From positions 13,749 to 77,748 of the forward strand of contig SIAJ01000013.1 of assembly GCA_009691845.1 (NCBI GenBank): a stretch of 64,000 nucleotides of DNA. Reading direction: 5' to 3'. The notes beneath the pieces are model-generated. The model searched no databases, was not told where the DNA came from, and saw nothing but the letters and a program-made list of their open reading frames with translations. The DNA comes from Gemmataceae bacterium (GTDB lineage: Bacteria > Planctomycetota > Planctomycetia > Gemmatales > Gemmataceae). The position numbers were made by a program, and so were the translations under genes. This document shows positions 56,233 through 64,000 of this stretch, piece by piece. Positions within the stretch are counted from its first letter, which is position 1. Each line of letters begins with the position of its first letter.

Positions 56233-56328
56233 GCTCACGCGAAGTCGCAGAGACGCAAAGAAGAAGGCGGATCGGAACTCCCGTTTCTTCTCTTCTTTGC
56301 GTCTCTGCGACTTCGCGTGAGCTTTTTT
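56233..56328 (+). terminator. Intrinsic terminator with a perfect 30-bp stem and T6 tract (REP-like family C)
   Basis: gctcacgcgaagtcgcagagacgcaaagaa (56233-56262) pairs with ttctttgcgtctctgcgacttcgcgtgagc (56293-56322), followed by tttttt. It starts 8 nt after the peptidase stop. Confidence 0.8.
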
Positions 56329-57629
56329 CATTTCTTCAACGACACGCACACAATTTCCTGATCGTTCCGTGCGAACACGCAGCCATCGGCGAAGGCCGGG
56401 TGGCTCCACACCACTTGTCGGCCGAACGCGGTCGTCGTTTTATCGAGTAGCTTCGCCCGGCTGATCTCCTCGTATCCCTTGGGCGAAAGCTTCGCGATAA
56501 TCAGCGCGCCGTTCTCCGAGAACAGGAAGAAGCGGTCGCCGTTCTTGACGATGAACGCGGTGCCGGCATTCGCGGGCTTGCCGTCGAACGGCACGTCCGA
56601 TTCCCACAAGCGTTCGCCCGTGTCCATCTTCACGCAACGCAGATGGCCGGTCTGGTCCACGCCGTACATGTGTCCGTCTTCCACGAATGGCGTCATGCTG
56701 ATCGGATAGATCGCGTTGGTCTTTTTGCCACGCCAGAGTTCCGTGGCCTCGGGCTTGTCGGCCGCGAGTTTCATCATCACGCCGTTGGCCCCTTCGCCGG
56801 CGACGTAAAGGAGATTACCATCCTTGCGTGGCGTCATGATCGACATCTTGTACGCGGCCTGAACCAACACCGACCAGTGCTTCTTGCCCGTCTCTGGATC
56901 GAGCGAGTTGAGCGAGGTCGCATGCCAAATGAGCAGTTGCCGCGTGCCGCCTGCCTCGATGATCGTCGGCGGGCAATAACCTTGCTCTTCAGCCGTGAGC
57001 GACTTCCAGAGTTCCTTGCCCGTTTCCTTGTCGAACGCGACCGCACAGCTTCCTTCGCCACCGACGACACAGATGAGCTTGTTGCCATCGACGAGCGGAT
57101 GACTCGCATAACCCCAGATGGCAGTCTTTGCGCCATAGTCCTTCTTGAAATCCTTGGCCCAGACGAGCGTGCCCTTGGCCGCATCCAGGCAGGTCAAGTT
57201 GCCTTCGGTGCCCAGAAAATAGACTTTGCCGCCCGAGACCGTCGGCGTGCAGCGTGGCCCGATTGGGTAGGAGACCGTGTACTTGCAGTCGTATTCGTAC
57301 TTCCAGACCAGCGTGCCTGTCTTCGCATTCAGGCAAAGAACGCGTTCTTTGCCGGTGAAGTTTGTGCGGTCGTAGACCTCTTTGCCGACGTCGCCCTCGG
57401 TGAGGTAGTCGGCTACGTATACTTTGCCGTCCGCAACTGCAGGCCCGGTGAAGCCTCCGGACACCTTGGCTCGCCAAAGAACCTTGGGCCCACCATCCGG
57501 GAACTTGTCGAGGATGCCGGTTTCACGCCAAATGCTGTCGCGTTTGGGGCCGAGCCATTGCGGCCAGTCGTCGGCGACGGCGAGGCTTGTAGAGCCCAAT
57601 GCGAGGAACAGGCAGAGAAGTCGTTTCAT
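56328..57629 (-). CDS. Secreted PQQ-like (BamB-type) beta-propeller repeat protein, paralogue 1
   Basis: Signal MKRLLCLFLALGSTSLAVA, then DDWPQWLGPKRDSIWRETGILDKFP..GPAVADGKVYV.. The repeated ..G.L.C.D..TG..W.. blades fit the propeller family. Confidence 0.8.
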   Translation of the reverse strand: MKRLLCLFLALGSTSLAVADDWPQWLGPKRDSIWRETGILDKFPDGGPKVLWRAKVSGGFTGPAVADGKVYVADYLTEGDVGKEVYDRTNFTGKERVLCLNAKTGTLVWKYEYDCKYTVSYPIGPRCTPTVSGGKVYFLGTEGNLTCLDAAKGTLVWAKDFKKDYGAKTAIWGYASHPLVDGNKLICVVGGEGSCAVAFDKETGKELWKSLTAEEQGYCPPTIIEAGGTRQLLIWHATSLNSLDPETGKKHWSVLVQAAYKMSIMTPRKDGNLLYVAGEGANGVMMKLAADKPEATELWRGKKTNAIYPISMTPFVEDGHMYGVDQTGHLRCVKMDTGERLWESDVPFDGKPANAGTAFIVKNGDRFFLFSENGALIIAKLSPKGYEEISRAKLLDKTTTAFGRQVVWSHPAFADGCVFARNDQEIVCVSLKK

Positions 57630-57651
57630 GGGGAAGTCCTTTCGATTCTTG

Positions 57652-57676
57652 CTCCCCTCTCCGTTTCGGGGGGGAG
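57652..57676. repeat. Family-B REP-like palindrome (degenerate) between the two propeller genes
   Basis: ctcccctctcc-gtttc-gggggggag. Confidence 0.5.
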
Positions 57677-57689
57677 AAAAGCAACGCCG

Positions 57690-58994
57690 CTACTGATTTG
57701 CCAACGACACACAAATCAACTCTTTATCATTCCGCACGAACATGCGTTTGTTCGCATAGGCCGGGGCGCAAAGCACGACATCCCGGCCACCCGAATGGCC
57801 TGTTGGCTCGATCACCTTCGCCCGGCTCAGTTCCGTGTAACCCTTCGGCGACATTTTTGCGAAGAGTATTTCGCCCATGTCGTTGAACAGGATGCAGCGA
57901 TCGCCGTTGCGGACGATGTTGGCCGTCACGCACTGGCCCTTCTTGCCGCCGACCGGTTCCAGCGTTTCCCAGACACGTTTCCCTGTAGCCAACTCGACAC
58001 AGCGCAGTTCGCCATCCTGGCAGATGCCATACACGTGTTCGCCTTCCGCGAACGGCTGAGTATTCACGGGGTACAGTCCGCTCGAACTCTTGCCGGACCA
58101 AAGAACCTCGGGCTTGGTGTCCTTGGCCGTCAGCTTCATCCCTTTGCATATTTGAGAATAGCACCCCACGAAGAAGTAGTCGCCGTGCAGAATCGGCACC
58201 ATGATTGCGGAGCCACTGGAAGCCTTCAGAGGTTCCGTCCAGATCTTCTTGCCGGTTTCCGGATCGAGAGCGTTGATCGATGTCGCATGAAAGACGAGCA
58301 ACTGTTTCTGCCCGCCGACCTCGATGATGCTCGGTGAACTGTAGCCCGGTTGCTCGGCCGTCAGTGCTCGCCAAATCTCCTTGCCGGTTTTTTTGTCGAG
58401 TGCAACTACGCAGGCCCCGTCGCCTCCCGTGATGGCATACAGCTTGTCGCCATCCACGAACGGATGTCCGGCAAACCCCCAGAGGGGCGTCTTCGCTCCG
58501 TAGTCCTTCTGGTAATCTTTCTGCCAGATCAGCGTGCCCTTTTCCGCATCCAGGCATGTCAGTCGGCCTTCGGCACCCAAGAAATACACGCGGCCATCGT
58601 TTACACAAGGCGTCACTCGCGGCCCGTTGGGGAACGAGATCGTGTAGCGCATCGGGTATTCGAAGGCCCAAAGCTGCTTGCCGGTTTTTTCGTCGAAACA
58701 CAGAACGCGTTCGGTTCCTTGATGGTTCGTGCGTTCGTACACTTCCGCCTTCACGTCGACACTGGAAACAAAGTCGCCGAGGTAGACACGACCGTTCGCG
58801 ACGGCCGGGCCGGTGTAGCCTCCCGCGACTTTCGTTCGCCAGAAGATTTTCGGACCGCCGGCCGGGAACTTCTCGATCAGGCCGGTCTCGCGCCAAATGT
58901 TGTCGCGTTTCGGGCCCATCCACTGTGGCCAATCGTCGGCCACAGAAAGTTGAATGGATACTACGGTGATCAAGAGTGAAATGCCGTATCGCAT
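57690..58994 (-). CDS. Secreted PQQ-like beta-propeller repeat protein, paralogue 2
   Basis: MRYGISLLITVVSIQLSVADDWPQWMGPKRDNIWRETGLIEKFP.. It is collinear with paralogue 1 over the full length; by eye more than half the residues are identical. Confidence 0.8.
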   Translation of the reverse strand: MRYGISLLITVVSIQLSVADDWPQWMGPKRDNIWRETGLIEKFPAGGPKIFWRTKVAGGYTGPAVANGRVYLGDFVSSVDVKAEVYERTNHQGTERVLCFDEKTGKQLWAFEYPMRYTISFPNGPRVTPCVNDGRVYFLGAEGRLTCLDAEKGTLIWQKDYQKDYGAKTPLWGFAGHPFVDGDKLYAITGGDGACVVALDKKTGKEIWRALTAEQPGYSSPSIIEVGGQKQLLVFHATSINALDPETGKKIWTEPLKASSGSAIMVPILHGDYFFVGCYSQICKGMKLTAKDTKPEVLWSGKSSSGLYPVNTQPFAEGEHVYGICQDGELRCVELATGKRVWETLEPVGGKKGQCVTANIVRNGDRCILFNDMGEILFAKMSPKGYTELSRAKVIEPTGHSGGRDVVLCAPAYANKRMFVRNDKELICVSLANQ

Positions 58995-59006
58995 CTGTAA
59001 CTCGAC

Positions 59007-59651
59007 TTAAATGTGCTGAATGACGTCCTCGGTTCGAAAGCGAACCTTGGGAATGGCGGCCTGCTTGTCGTCCGTCGTACGATACCCGGCCGGACAGGCG
59101 ACCACGGTGCGATAGCCGAGTTCGGCGATTCCGAGTACCTCGTCGTACTTCACGGGATCGATTCCTTCCATCGGGCATGTGTCCACGCCCATCATCGCGG
59201 CCGCGGCCATGAACTGGCCGAGGGCGATATAGACCTGCCGCGTCGCCCACTCGTCGACCAGAAAGGTCGGGCTGGTCAGACTTCCCATCATCATCTTCTT
59301 GAAGCCCGCGAGCGCGGCAATCGTTTGCCCGCGAACTTCGGCAATTCGTGCCAGATAGCGATCGATATCCGCCTCGCCCGCCTGCGACTTGATCGCGAAG
59401 ACTACCATGTGCGAACAATCCTGCGGTTGCTTTTGGCCCCATGAGTGTGCTGGAAGTATCTCCTTGATCTCCGGCTTGGTGATCACGAAGAACTTCCATG
59501 GCTGCAAGCCGTAACTCGAAGGAGTGAGGACGAGGGCCTGTTCCAGCGCCGCCCAGGTTTCCAGTGCGATGGTCCGCGTGGAGTCGAATTTCTTGGTTGC
59601 GTATCGCCACCTGAGTTGGGCGACAACGGCTTCGGGACTTGAACTGGACAT
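59007..59651 (-). CDS. Nitroreductase-family NAD(P)H:FMN oxidoreductase
   Basis: ..LRWRYATKKFD.., ..PSSYGLQPWKF.., ..CPMEGID.. ATG at 59651 (MSSSSPE). Confidence 0.8.
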   Translation of the reverse strand: MSSSSPEAVVAQLRWRYATKKFDSTRTIALETWAALEQALVLTPSSYGLQPWKFFVITKPEIKEILPAHSWGQKQPQDCSHMVVFAIKSQAGEADIDRYLARIAEVRGQTIAALAGFKKMMMGSLTSPTFLVDEWATRQVYIALGQFMAAAAMMGVDTCPMEGIDPVKYDEVLGIAELGYRTVVACPAGYRTTDDKQAAIPKVRFRTEDVIQHI

Positions 59652-59694
59652 GGTACTCCGCCGATGAATGATAGGTCCCATATATAGTAGGCCG

Positions 59695-60099
59695 TCAGGC
59701 TGCGGTATCGCCTTTCATCAGCGCGATTGCGGCAGCGAAAGCGATCAGGCCACCGACCACGCTCGAGCCTGCGTAAAGTGCCGCCAGATCCCAACGGCCC
59801 TTCTGAATCGCCTCGGCCACTTCGAGCGAGAACGTTGAAAACGTCGTGAACCCGCCGCAGAATCCCGTGCCGAGAAGTAGAAACCCTGTCCCGCCACGAT
59901 CCTTGAAGATTGCCGCCACAACTCCGAGTAAGAGCGAACCCGACACGTTGATGACGAACGTACCCCACGTGTAGTTTTGTGCCCAAGGCTGAGCACGAAA
60001 CCACAGCCCGATCCAGTAACGGGCGTTGCAGCCAATCGCACCGCCGAGGCTGATGAGCGTAATGGGCTGAACCAGGATTGCGGCTAACCAGGTCATCAT
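59695..60099 (-). CDS. crcB: Fluoride ion channel CrcB/FluC
   Basis: 134 aa, 4 TM helices, signature GFCGGFTTFSTFS. Confidence 0.85.
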   Translation of the reverse strand: MMTWLAAILVQPITLISLGGAIGCNARYWIGLWFRAQPWAQNYTWGTFVINVSGSLLLGVVAAIFKDRGGTGFLLLGTGFCGGFTTFSTFSLEVAEAIQKGRWDLAALYAGSSVVGGLIAFAAAIALMKGDTAA

Positions 60100-60114
60100 T
60101 TGCCTCGAGTTTTC

Positions 60115-60144
60115 CTCCCCCCTCTCCGTTTCGGAGAGGGGGAG
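60115..60144. repeat. Family-B REP-like palindrome between the MFS gene and crcB
   Basis: ctcccccctctcc-gtttc-ggagagggggag, a 12-bp stem with one extra C. Confidence 0.65.
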
Positions 60145-60156
60145 CTAGACAGGCCA

Positions 60157-61386
60157 TCACTTCGAACGCACATATGTCATCGCAATCACACCCAACAACA
60201 TCCACCCAGCCGCATACAAGAACGCAACTTCCGGCTTCCAGACGAACAACAACCCGACAGCCAGGCTCGCTGCGAAATCGCCGATGCCGTTGACGCATCC
60301 CAGCACGCCATACGCCGTGCCGCGACGAGTGCGATCCGGAATCAGGTCGGCCGTCATCGCCCCTTCAAGCGATTCCTGCACCGCGATGTACACGCCTGCC
60401 AGCACGAAGAGTGAGGCGACATACGGGAGCGTTCCAAGTTGCCAGGCGAACCCGGCCGCGAATCCCAACATGACCAGGACGCCAAGCAGATAACCCATCA
60501 CGAGCAATCCACGTCGTCCAAGTCGATCGCTGATCGCGCCAACCGGAAACGCCGTCAACGCACCCCACGTGTTGCGAGTTGCATAAAGGATCGGACCTAG
60601 CACGATGGCGGTCTCAAGCCCGAGTTCCGGCGTCAGCAGGATTGTGGCTGCGAGAATCAGCAGCGAGTGCGAGAAATCGCCCATGCCGAACAGGCCGACG
60701 GCAAGCAGATAACGTCGAAAGGGTCGCGGCAATTCGGCCAGCGATTCTCGGAAGCGAATTCCAGGTCGCGGCGTGAATCGTTGTTCGCGAACCAGAAAGA
60801 GAAAGCAGAGAGCAGCCCCGATACCCGGAATGAGTGTCAGAAGGAACACCACGCGATGTGGTGCGGCTGTCGTTTCGAGTATCGTGATCGGCAACGTCGC
60901 AAGGAGAACGGCCCCGAGAAGCGGGCCGATGATCGCCCCGATCGTGTCGCCGGCTCGATGGAATCCGAACGCCCGCCCCAACGCGGCTGGCGGCACCGAG
61001 TCGGCCAGAATCGCGTCGCGCAGCGGGCCTCGCAGACCCTTGCCAATCCAGGCGAGAGATTTACCCAGCAGGATTAGCGGCCAACCGATGGCAAAAGCGT
61101 ACAGCGACAGCGAAACTCCGGTGAGTGCGTAGCCGCCGACCACAAAAATCTTGCGTTTGCCAATGCGGTCCGAGTAGTAGCCAACGCCAAGCTTGACGAA
61201 GTTCGCCAGGGCATCGCCCGTGCCCTCGACGAGGCCGAGCATCCACTGCGGAATATGCAGGATGAGAAAGAACCCAGCCAGCACACTCGTCGCCATCTCA
61301 TAGGCCACGTCGGCGAGCAGGCTCGTCAATCCGGCTCCAATGACGGTGCGATTCAGCCAGCGTGTCGGAGGGGCCTCTTCGGACAT
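60157..61386 (-). CDS. Major facilitator superfamily transporter
   Basis: 409 aa, 12 TM helices, MFS loop motif ..YSDRIGKRK.. and a second-half equivalent ..ISDRLGRRG.. Confidence 0.8.
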   Translation of the reverse strand: MSEEAPPTRWLNRTVIGAGLTSLLADVAYEMATSVLAGFFLILHIPQWMLGLVEGTGDALANFVKLGVGYYSDRIGKRKIFVVGGYALTGVSLSLYAFAIGWPLILLGKSLAWIGKGLRGPLRDAILADSVPPAALGRAFGFHRAGDTIGAIIGPLLGAVLLATLPITILETTAAPHRVVFLLTLIPGIGAALCFLFLVREQRFTPRPGIRFRESLAELPRPFRRYLLAVGLFGMGDFSHSLLILAATILLTPELGLETAIVLGPILYATRNTWGALTAFPVGAISDRLGRRGLLVMGYLLGVLVMLGFAAGFAWQLGTLPYVASLFVLAGVYIAVQESLEGAMTADLIPDRTRRGTAYGVLGCVNGIGDFAASLAVGLLFVWKPEVAFLYAAGWMLLGVIAMTYVRSK

Positions 61387-61411
61387 TGGGGTGTTCTACC
61401 AATGTGGCGGC

Positions 61412-61429
61412 ATCCCGGCGCGCCGGGAT
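61412..61429. promoter_or_regulatory. Perfect 18-bp palindrome 26 nt upstream of the MFS-crcB start codon
   Basis: ATCCCGGCGCGCCGGGAT (61412-61429). Candidate operator or 5' UTR hairpin. Confidence 0.4.
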
Positions 61430-61564
61430 CCAACGTCTTAGCCACGATTACCTGATCGGCGCGGATGAGTGCCGCCGGGTGAACGAGCCAGCGCTGGTTA
61501 GCCTTCAAGTGCTTTGTCATCCCATCCATCACACTAAGGTTGACGAAGCACTAGCGGGTGAGTG

Positions 61565-61595
61565 AAAAAAAAACCGTCCCGTGGGAACGGGACGG
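61565..61595 (-). terminator. Strong intrinsic terminator on the minus strand
   Basis: The minus strand reads ccgtcccgt-tccc-acgggacgg followed by T9 (A9 at 61565-61573 on the plus strand). Confidence 0.85.
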
Positions 61596-61810
61596 AGGAG
61601 GGAAGTTTCGCCAGCCCGGCAAACGAGTCTGGCGATCAAGTCGGCGCTATCAGGATAACGGGAACCGCACGGGGGGAAGTTGCGGGACTCCCGGTTGCAT
61701 AAGGTCGCAAAACATCGGCTCGATCGCAACGGTTCGAATTGGGAACTGTTACCACCGAACCGCCTCGACGGGTTCCGGCCCGTCGAAGCCTCTTTTCTGC
61801 CGGCCCCGCG
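61596..61810 (-). ncRNA. Candidate unclassified structured RNA ending at the terminator (class unknown)
   Basis: ORF-free region containing stable local hairpins on the minus strand: CUUCGACGGG-CCGGAA-CCCGUCGAGG (61763-61788) and CGGUUCG-N19-CGAACCG (61730-61762). It is followed by the terminator. The 5' boundary is not determined. Confidence 0.25.
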
Positions 61811-62009
61811 GAGGGTTCATCACCCGTCCGAGTTTGGTCAGCTTGAAAAGATAAATGCTATCGGCGTGCCAAGGGCAGATTTTTTCAGGCGAACGACCGC
61901 AAGCAGTTATTGGAAAGTGACTTACGAATAATGATCTCTAGTGTGCTCGATTCGTGCCGGAAGCAATTTTTACAACTTCGCAACGCAGACTGTGTAATTT
62001 TACCCGTCC

Positions 62010-63326
62010 TCAGTGGACAAGAATCACGCGAACGTCCATCACGTTCGTGTTCGTCAGGCCGGTTTTGATCAGGCTGTCGGCCGCGTTCAAAATCGGGTAG
62101 GCGTCGTGGCGATCGAGATGGGATGCGATGTCCATTCCGGCAGCACGTATGGCGGGTATCGTCCGCTCGTCGGCCACGGCACCGGCGGCATCCGTGGGGC
62201 CATCCTCGCCGTCGGTCCCGCCGCTCAGGACCGCGATGTTTCGCATCCCGTTCTCGCCAAGTTTGTGCAGCATGGCCAGGACGAACTCCTGATTGCGGCC
62301 TCCCTTACCCGAATCCTTGCCGAGCGAGACTGTCGTTTCCCCGCCGATCAGCACGCATAACGGGGATGCGGCTGGCAGGTGATCGACCTGGATCGATCGA
62401 ACCAGACCCGTGACAACCGTGGCGACTTCCCGCGTTTCGCCTTCGATGAACGAGCCGAGATTCAGCACGCGATATCCCAGTGCCTCGGCCTTGGCCGTGG
62501 CGGCACGCAGGGCAGCCGCGTTATTAGCCAGGAGTAAATTGTGGACGTTGCCCGGCAGAGCCTTGAGAGTCTCGGCAATCAAACCCTTTGCTCCGCGCTC
62601 CAGATGGGAGACAACCGAGGCCGGTGCTTTCTCGCGGAGCTGGAAGCGTTCGAGAACGCCCAACGCCTCGGCAAACGTCGATGGGTCGGCGGCCGTCGGC
62701 CCGGAGGCGATTACGTCGAGCGGATCGCCGACAACGTCCGAGATGATCAGGCTGAAGAGTTCACGCCCTCGGAACGCCTGGGCGAGCCGGCCCCCCTTGA
62801 TTCGCGATAAGTGCTTGCGAACGGAGTTCATGTCTTGAACGGTCGCGCCGCAATGGTGAAGCAATTTCGTGATGGCTTGCTTTTCTGCAAGCGAGACACC
62901 CTCCGGGGCGGGCAACAGGGCTGAGCCGCCTCCAGAAATCAAGCAGATTGCGACATCATCGGGACCAGCCTTGTTCAAGAGAGCCAACATCTCCTCGGCC
63001 CCGGCAACACCTTCGACGGTCGGGAAATTGCTCGCAGGTGGGCGGGCGGCGTGGAGCCGAATCCGCTGCAAAGGCCTGACGGCATCAGCAGGAACATTAA
63101 CGAGCCCGGTGACTTTGTGCAGATGCTCGCCCAAGGAAGCTTCGAGTGCCGCACTCATCGCGGCTCCGGCCTTGCCGGCACCGACGACCAGGATGCGATT
63201 CGCGGCAACAAAGGCTTTCTTGAGCGCACGGTTGTCGGCAATGTGCTTGGGAAGCAGTGCCTCCGGCCTCACCGCATCAACGGCGGCGTGCCAGATGGCG
63301 AGTGCGTGCTGGGAGAGGTCAGTCAT
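62010..63326 (-). CDS. Glycerate kinase (MOFRL/DUF4147 family, glycerate 2-kinase / TtuD-like)
   Basis: ..ILVVGAGKAGAAMSAALE.., ..CLISGGGSALL.., ..GGETTVSLGKDSGKGGRNQEFVLA.., ..LSGGTDGEDGPTDAAG.. The ATG at 63326 overlaps the ubiX stop (ATGA). Confidence 0.85.
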   Translation of the reverse strand: MTDLSQHALAIWHAAVDAVRPEALLPKHIADNRALKKAFVAANRILVVGAGKAGAAMSAALEASLGEHLHKVTGLVNVPADAVRPLQRIRLHAARPPASNFPTVEGVAGAEEMLALLNKAGPDDVAICLISGGGSALLPAPEGVSLAEKQAITKLLHHCGATVQDMNSVRKHLSRIKGGRLAQAFRGRELFSLIISDVVGDPLDVIASGPTAADPSTFAEALGVLERFQLREKAPASVVSHLERGAKGLIAETLKALPGNVHNLLLANNAAALRAATAKAEALGYRVLNLGSFIEGETREVATVVTGLVRSIQVDHLPAASPLCVLIGGETTVSLGKDSGKGGRNQEFVLAMLHKLGENGMRNIAVLSGGTDGEDGPTDAAGAVADERTIPAIRAAGMDIASHLDRHDAYPILNAADSLIKTGLTNTNVMDVRVILVH

Positions 63327-63937
63327 GAGAGATCCTTGTCTTCTCCCCACCGGTTTAGCAGCCCATGCTCCACGCCCAATTGATCGCAGACGCGGCCGAC
63401 GATGAAGTCGATCATGTCGTCAATCGTCTTCGGCAACGTGTAAAACGCGGGCATTGCCGGTAGCACCACGGCACCGGCCTCGGCGAGCGTGGCCAGGTTT
63501 CGCAGTTGAATCACGCCCAATGGCGTCTCGCGGGGCACCACGATCAGCTTGCGGCGTTCTTTCAGATGCACGTCGGCGGCTCGGTGAATCAGGTTCTCGG
63601 ACGTACCATGTGCGATTGCCGCCACGGTTCCCATGCTACAGGGGCAGACGACCATGCCGGCCGTCAAGAACGAACCGCTCGCGATTCCAGCCTGGAAGTT
63701 GCGGTAATGGTGGTACTGAAGCCGGGAGAAGTCCGTGCGGGCCGGGAGCAGTTTCGCCGGATCGAAATGGTCGATATCCAGATTGACGTTCAACTCGCGC
63801 TGCATCACCTCAGTGGCTGCGGGACTGATCACGAGATGAATTTGCCGGCCGGTATTCAGCAGCACATCCAGAAGCCGCACACCATAGGGTGAACCGCTGG
63901 CCCCGGTCATGGCGAGAACGAGAGGAAGGTGTGTCAT
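63323..63937 (-). CDS. ubiX: Flavin prenyltransferase UbiX
   Basis: LVLAMTGASGSPYGVRLLDVLL...VVCPCSMGTVAAIAHG...RRKLIVVPRETPL. Confidence 0.9.
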   Translation of the reverse strand: MTHLPLVLAMTGASGSPYGVRLLDVLLNTGRQIHLVISPAATEVMQRELNVNLDIDHFDPAKLLPARTDFSRLQYHHYRNFQAGIASGSFLTAGMVVCPCSMGTVAAIAHGTSENLIHRAADVHLKERRKLIVVPRETPLGVIQLRNLATLAEAGAVVLPAMPAFYTLPKTIDDMIDFIVGRVCDQLGVEHGLLNRWGEDKDLS

Positions 63938-64000
63938 TCGTCAATCAATGCGGCGGCGGGGGATTGCGTAAGCGATCGGGAAGTATGAATGAGTCGTCGT

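Noticed and set aside
56643-59610. Long ORFs at 56643..58337 (+, 564 aa) and 57727..59610 (-, 627 aa).
   Set aside because: Both overlap the two propeller genes and the nitroreductase gene out of frame or antisense. Both are extremely Arg/Gly-rich. The in-frame propeller genes have signal peptides and mutual paralogy.
61387-61600. Fluoride (crcB-motif) riboswitch upstream of the MFS-crcB operon.
   Set aside because: I could not find the conserved GGNGAUGG..CC..AAC.GCC..GCUGAUG..CCUAC elements by eye on the minus strand. This needs an Infernal scan for certainty.
61596-61810. tmRNA (ssrA). The minus strand begins GGGGCCGGCAGAAAAGAGGCTTCGACGGG, reminiscent of the tmRNA 5' end GGGGCUGAUUCUGGAUUCGACGGG.
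   Set aside because: - The UUCGACGGG segment closes immediately into a local hairpin rather than a long-range P2 helix.
- There is no T-arm (GGTTCGAnTCC) or ...CCACCA 3' end downstream or upstream, so a permuted gene is also unlikely.
- No frame encodes an Ala-rich ..LAA tag.
- Only about 240 nt lie before the terminator.
61565-62009. RNase P RNA, SRP RNA, or a tRNA (GGTTCGAAT at 61731 on the plus strand).
   Set aside because: - No GAGGAAAGTCCGGGC or ACAGAACCCGGCTTA cores (RNase P).
- No AGGTCCGGAAGGAAGCAGCC (SRP).
- The GGTTCGAAT is not flanked by a complementary 5-bp T-stem or an acceptor stem.

Overview
The window is high-GC (my estimate is upper 50s %) and densely coding, with most genes on the minus strand. 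Gene content suggests Planctomycetota; this rests on my recollection of the families, not on a search. Supporting content: a BBP7-like outer-membrane barrel, a DUF1571-like gene, DUF4058, Ser/Thr kinase biology, an Alternative Complex III next to a caa3 oxidase, and several REP-like palindrome families.

The backbone is housekeeping and respiration:
- nusA (partial), a DEAD-box helicase, scpA, aroA, truA, ubiX, a glycerate kinase, and a fused E1 alpha-beta plus E2 2-oxoacid dehydrogenase.
- One ~15 kb minus-strand respiratory supercluster: actABCDEF(G) - SCO - ctaC/D/E - coxIV - dihaem cytochrome c.

I found no rRNA, tRNA, CRISPR array or intact mobile element.

Observations worth a second look:
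1. A Ser/Thr kinase fused to a tubulin/FtsZ-like GTPase module. It is intact apart from one in-frame TAG immediately before the catalytic loop.
2. An unusual density of gene decay. Three otherwise intact genes each carry a single in-frame stop (TAA, TAG, TGA). There are also four truncated or multiply disrupted remnants: RyR-domain, glycosyltransferase, Uma2 and IS3 OrfA.
3. A TrhO-RluA two-enzyme RNA-modification fusion.
4. A perfect 26-bp tandem duplication (one mismatch) in the kinase/ASCH divergent promoter.
5. A perfect 29-bp inverted repeat built from 9-10 bp CACGGATTT units.
6. A ~440-nt ORF-free region ending in a textbook intrinsic terminator, a candidate unclassified structured RNA.
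7. A REP-like palindrome that appears to sit in frame inside the E2 linker.

All protein calls come from motif recognition on the supplied translations and my own hand translation. No database search was run.
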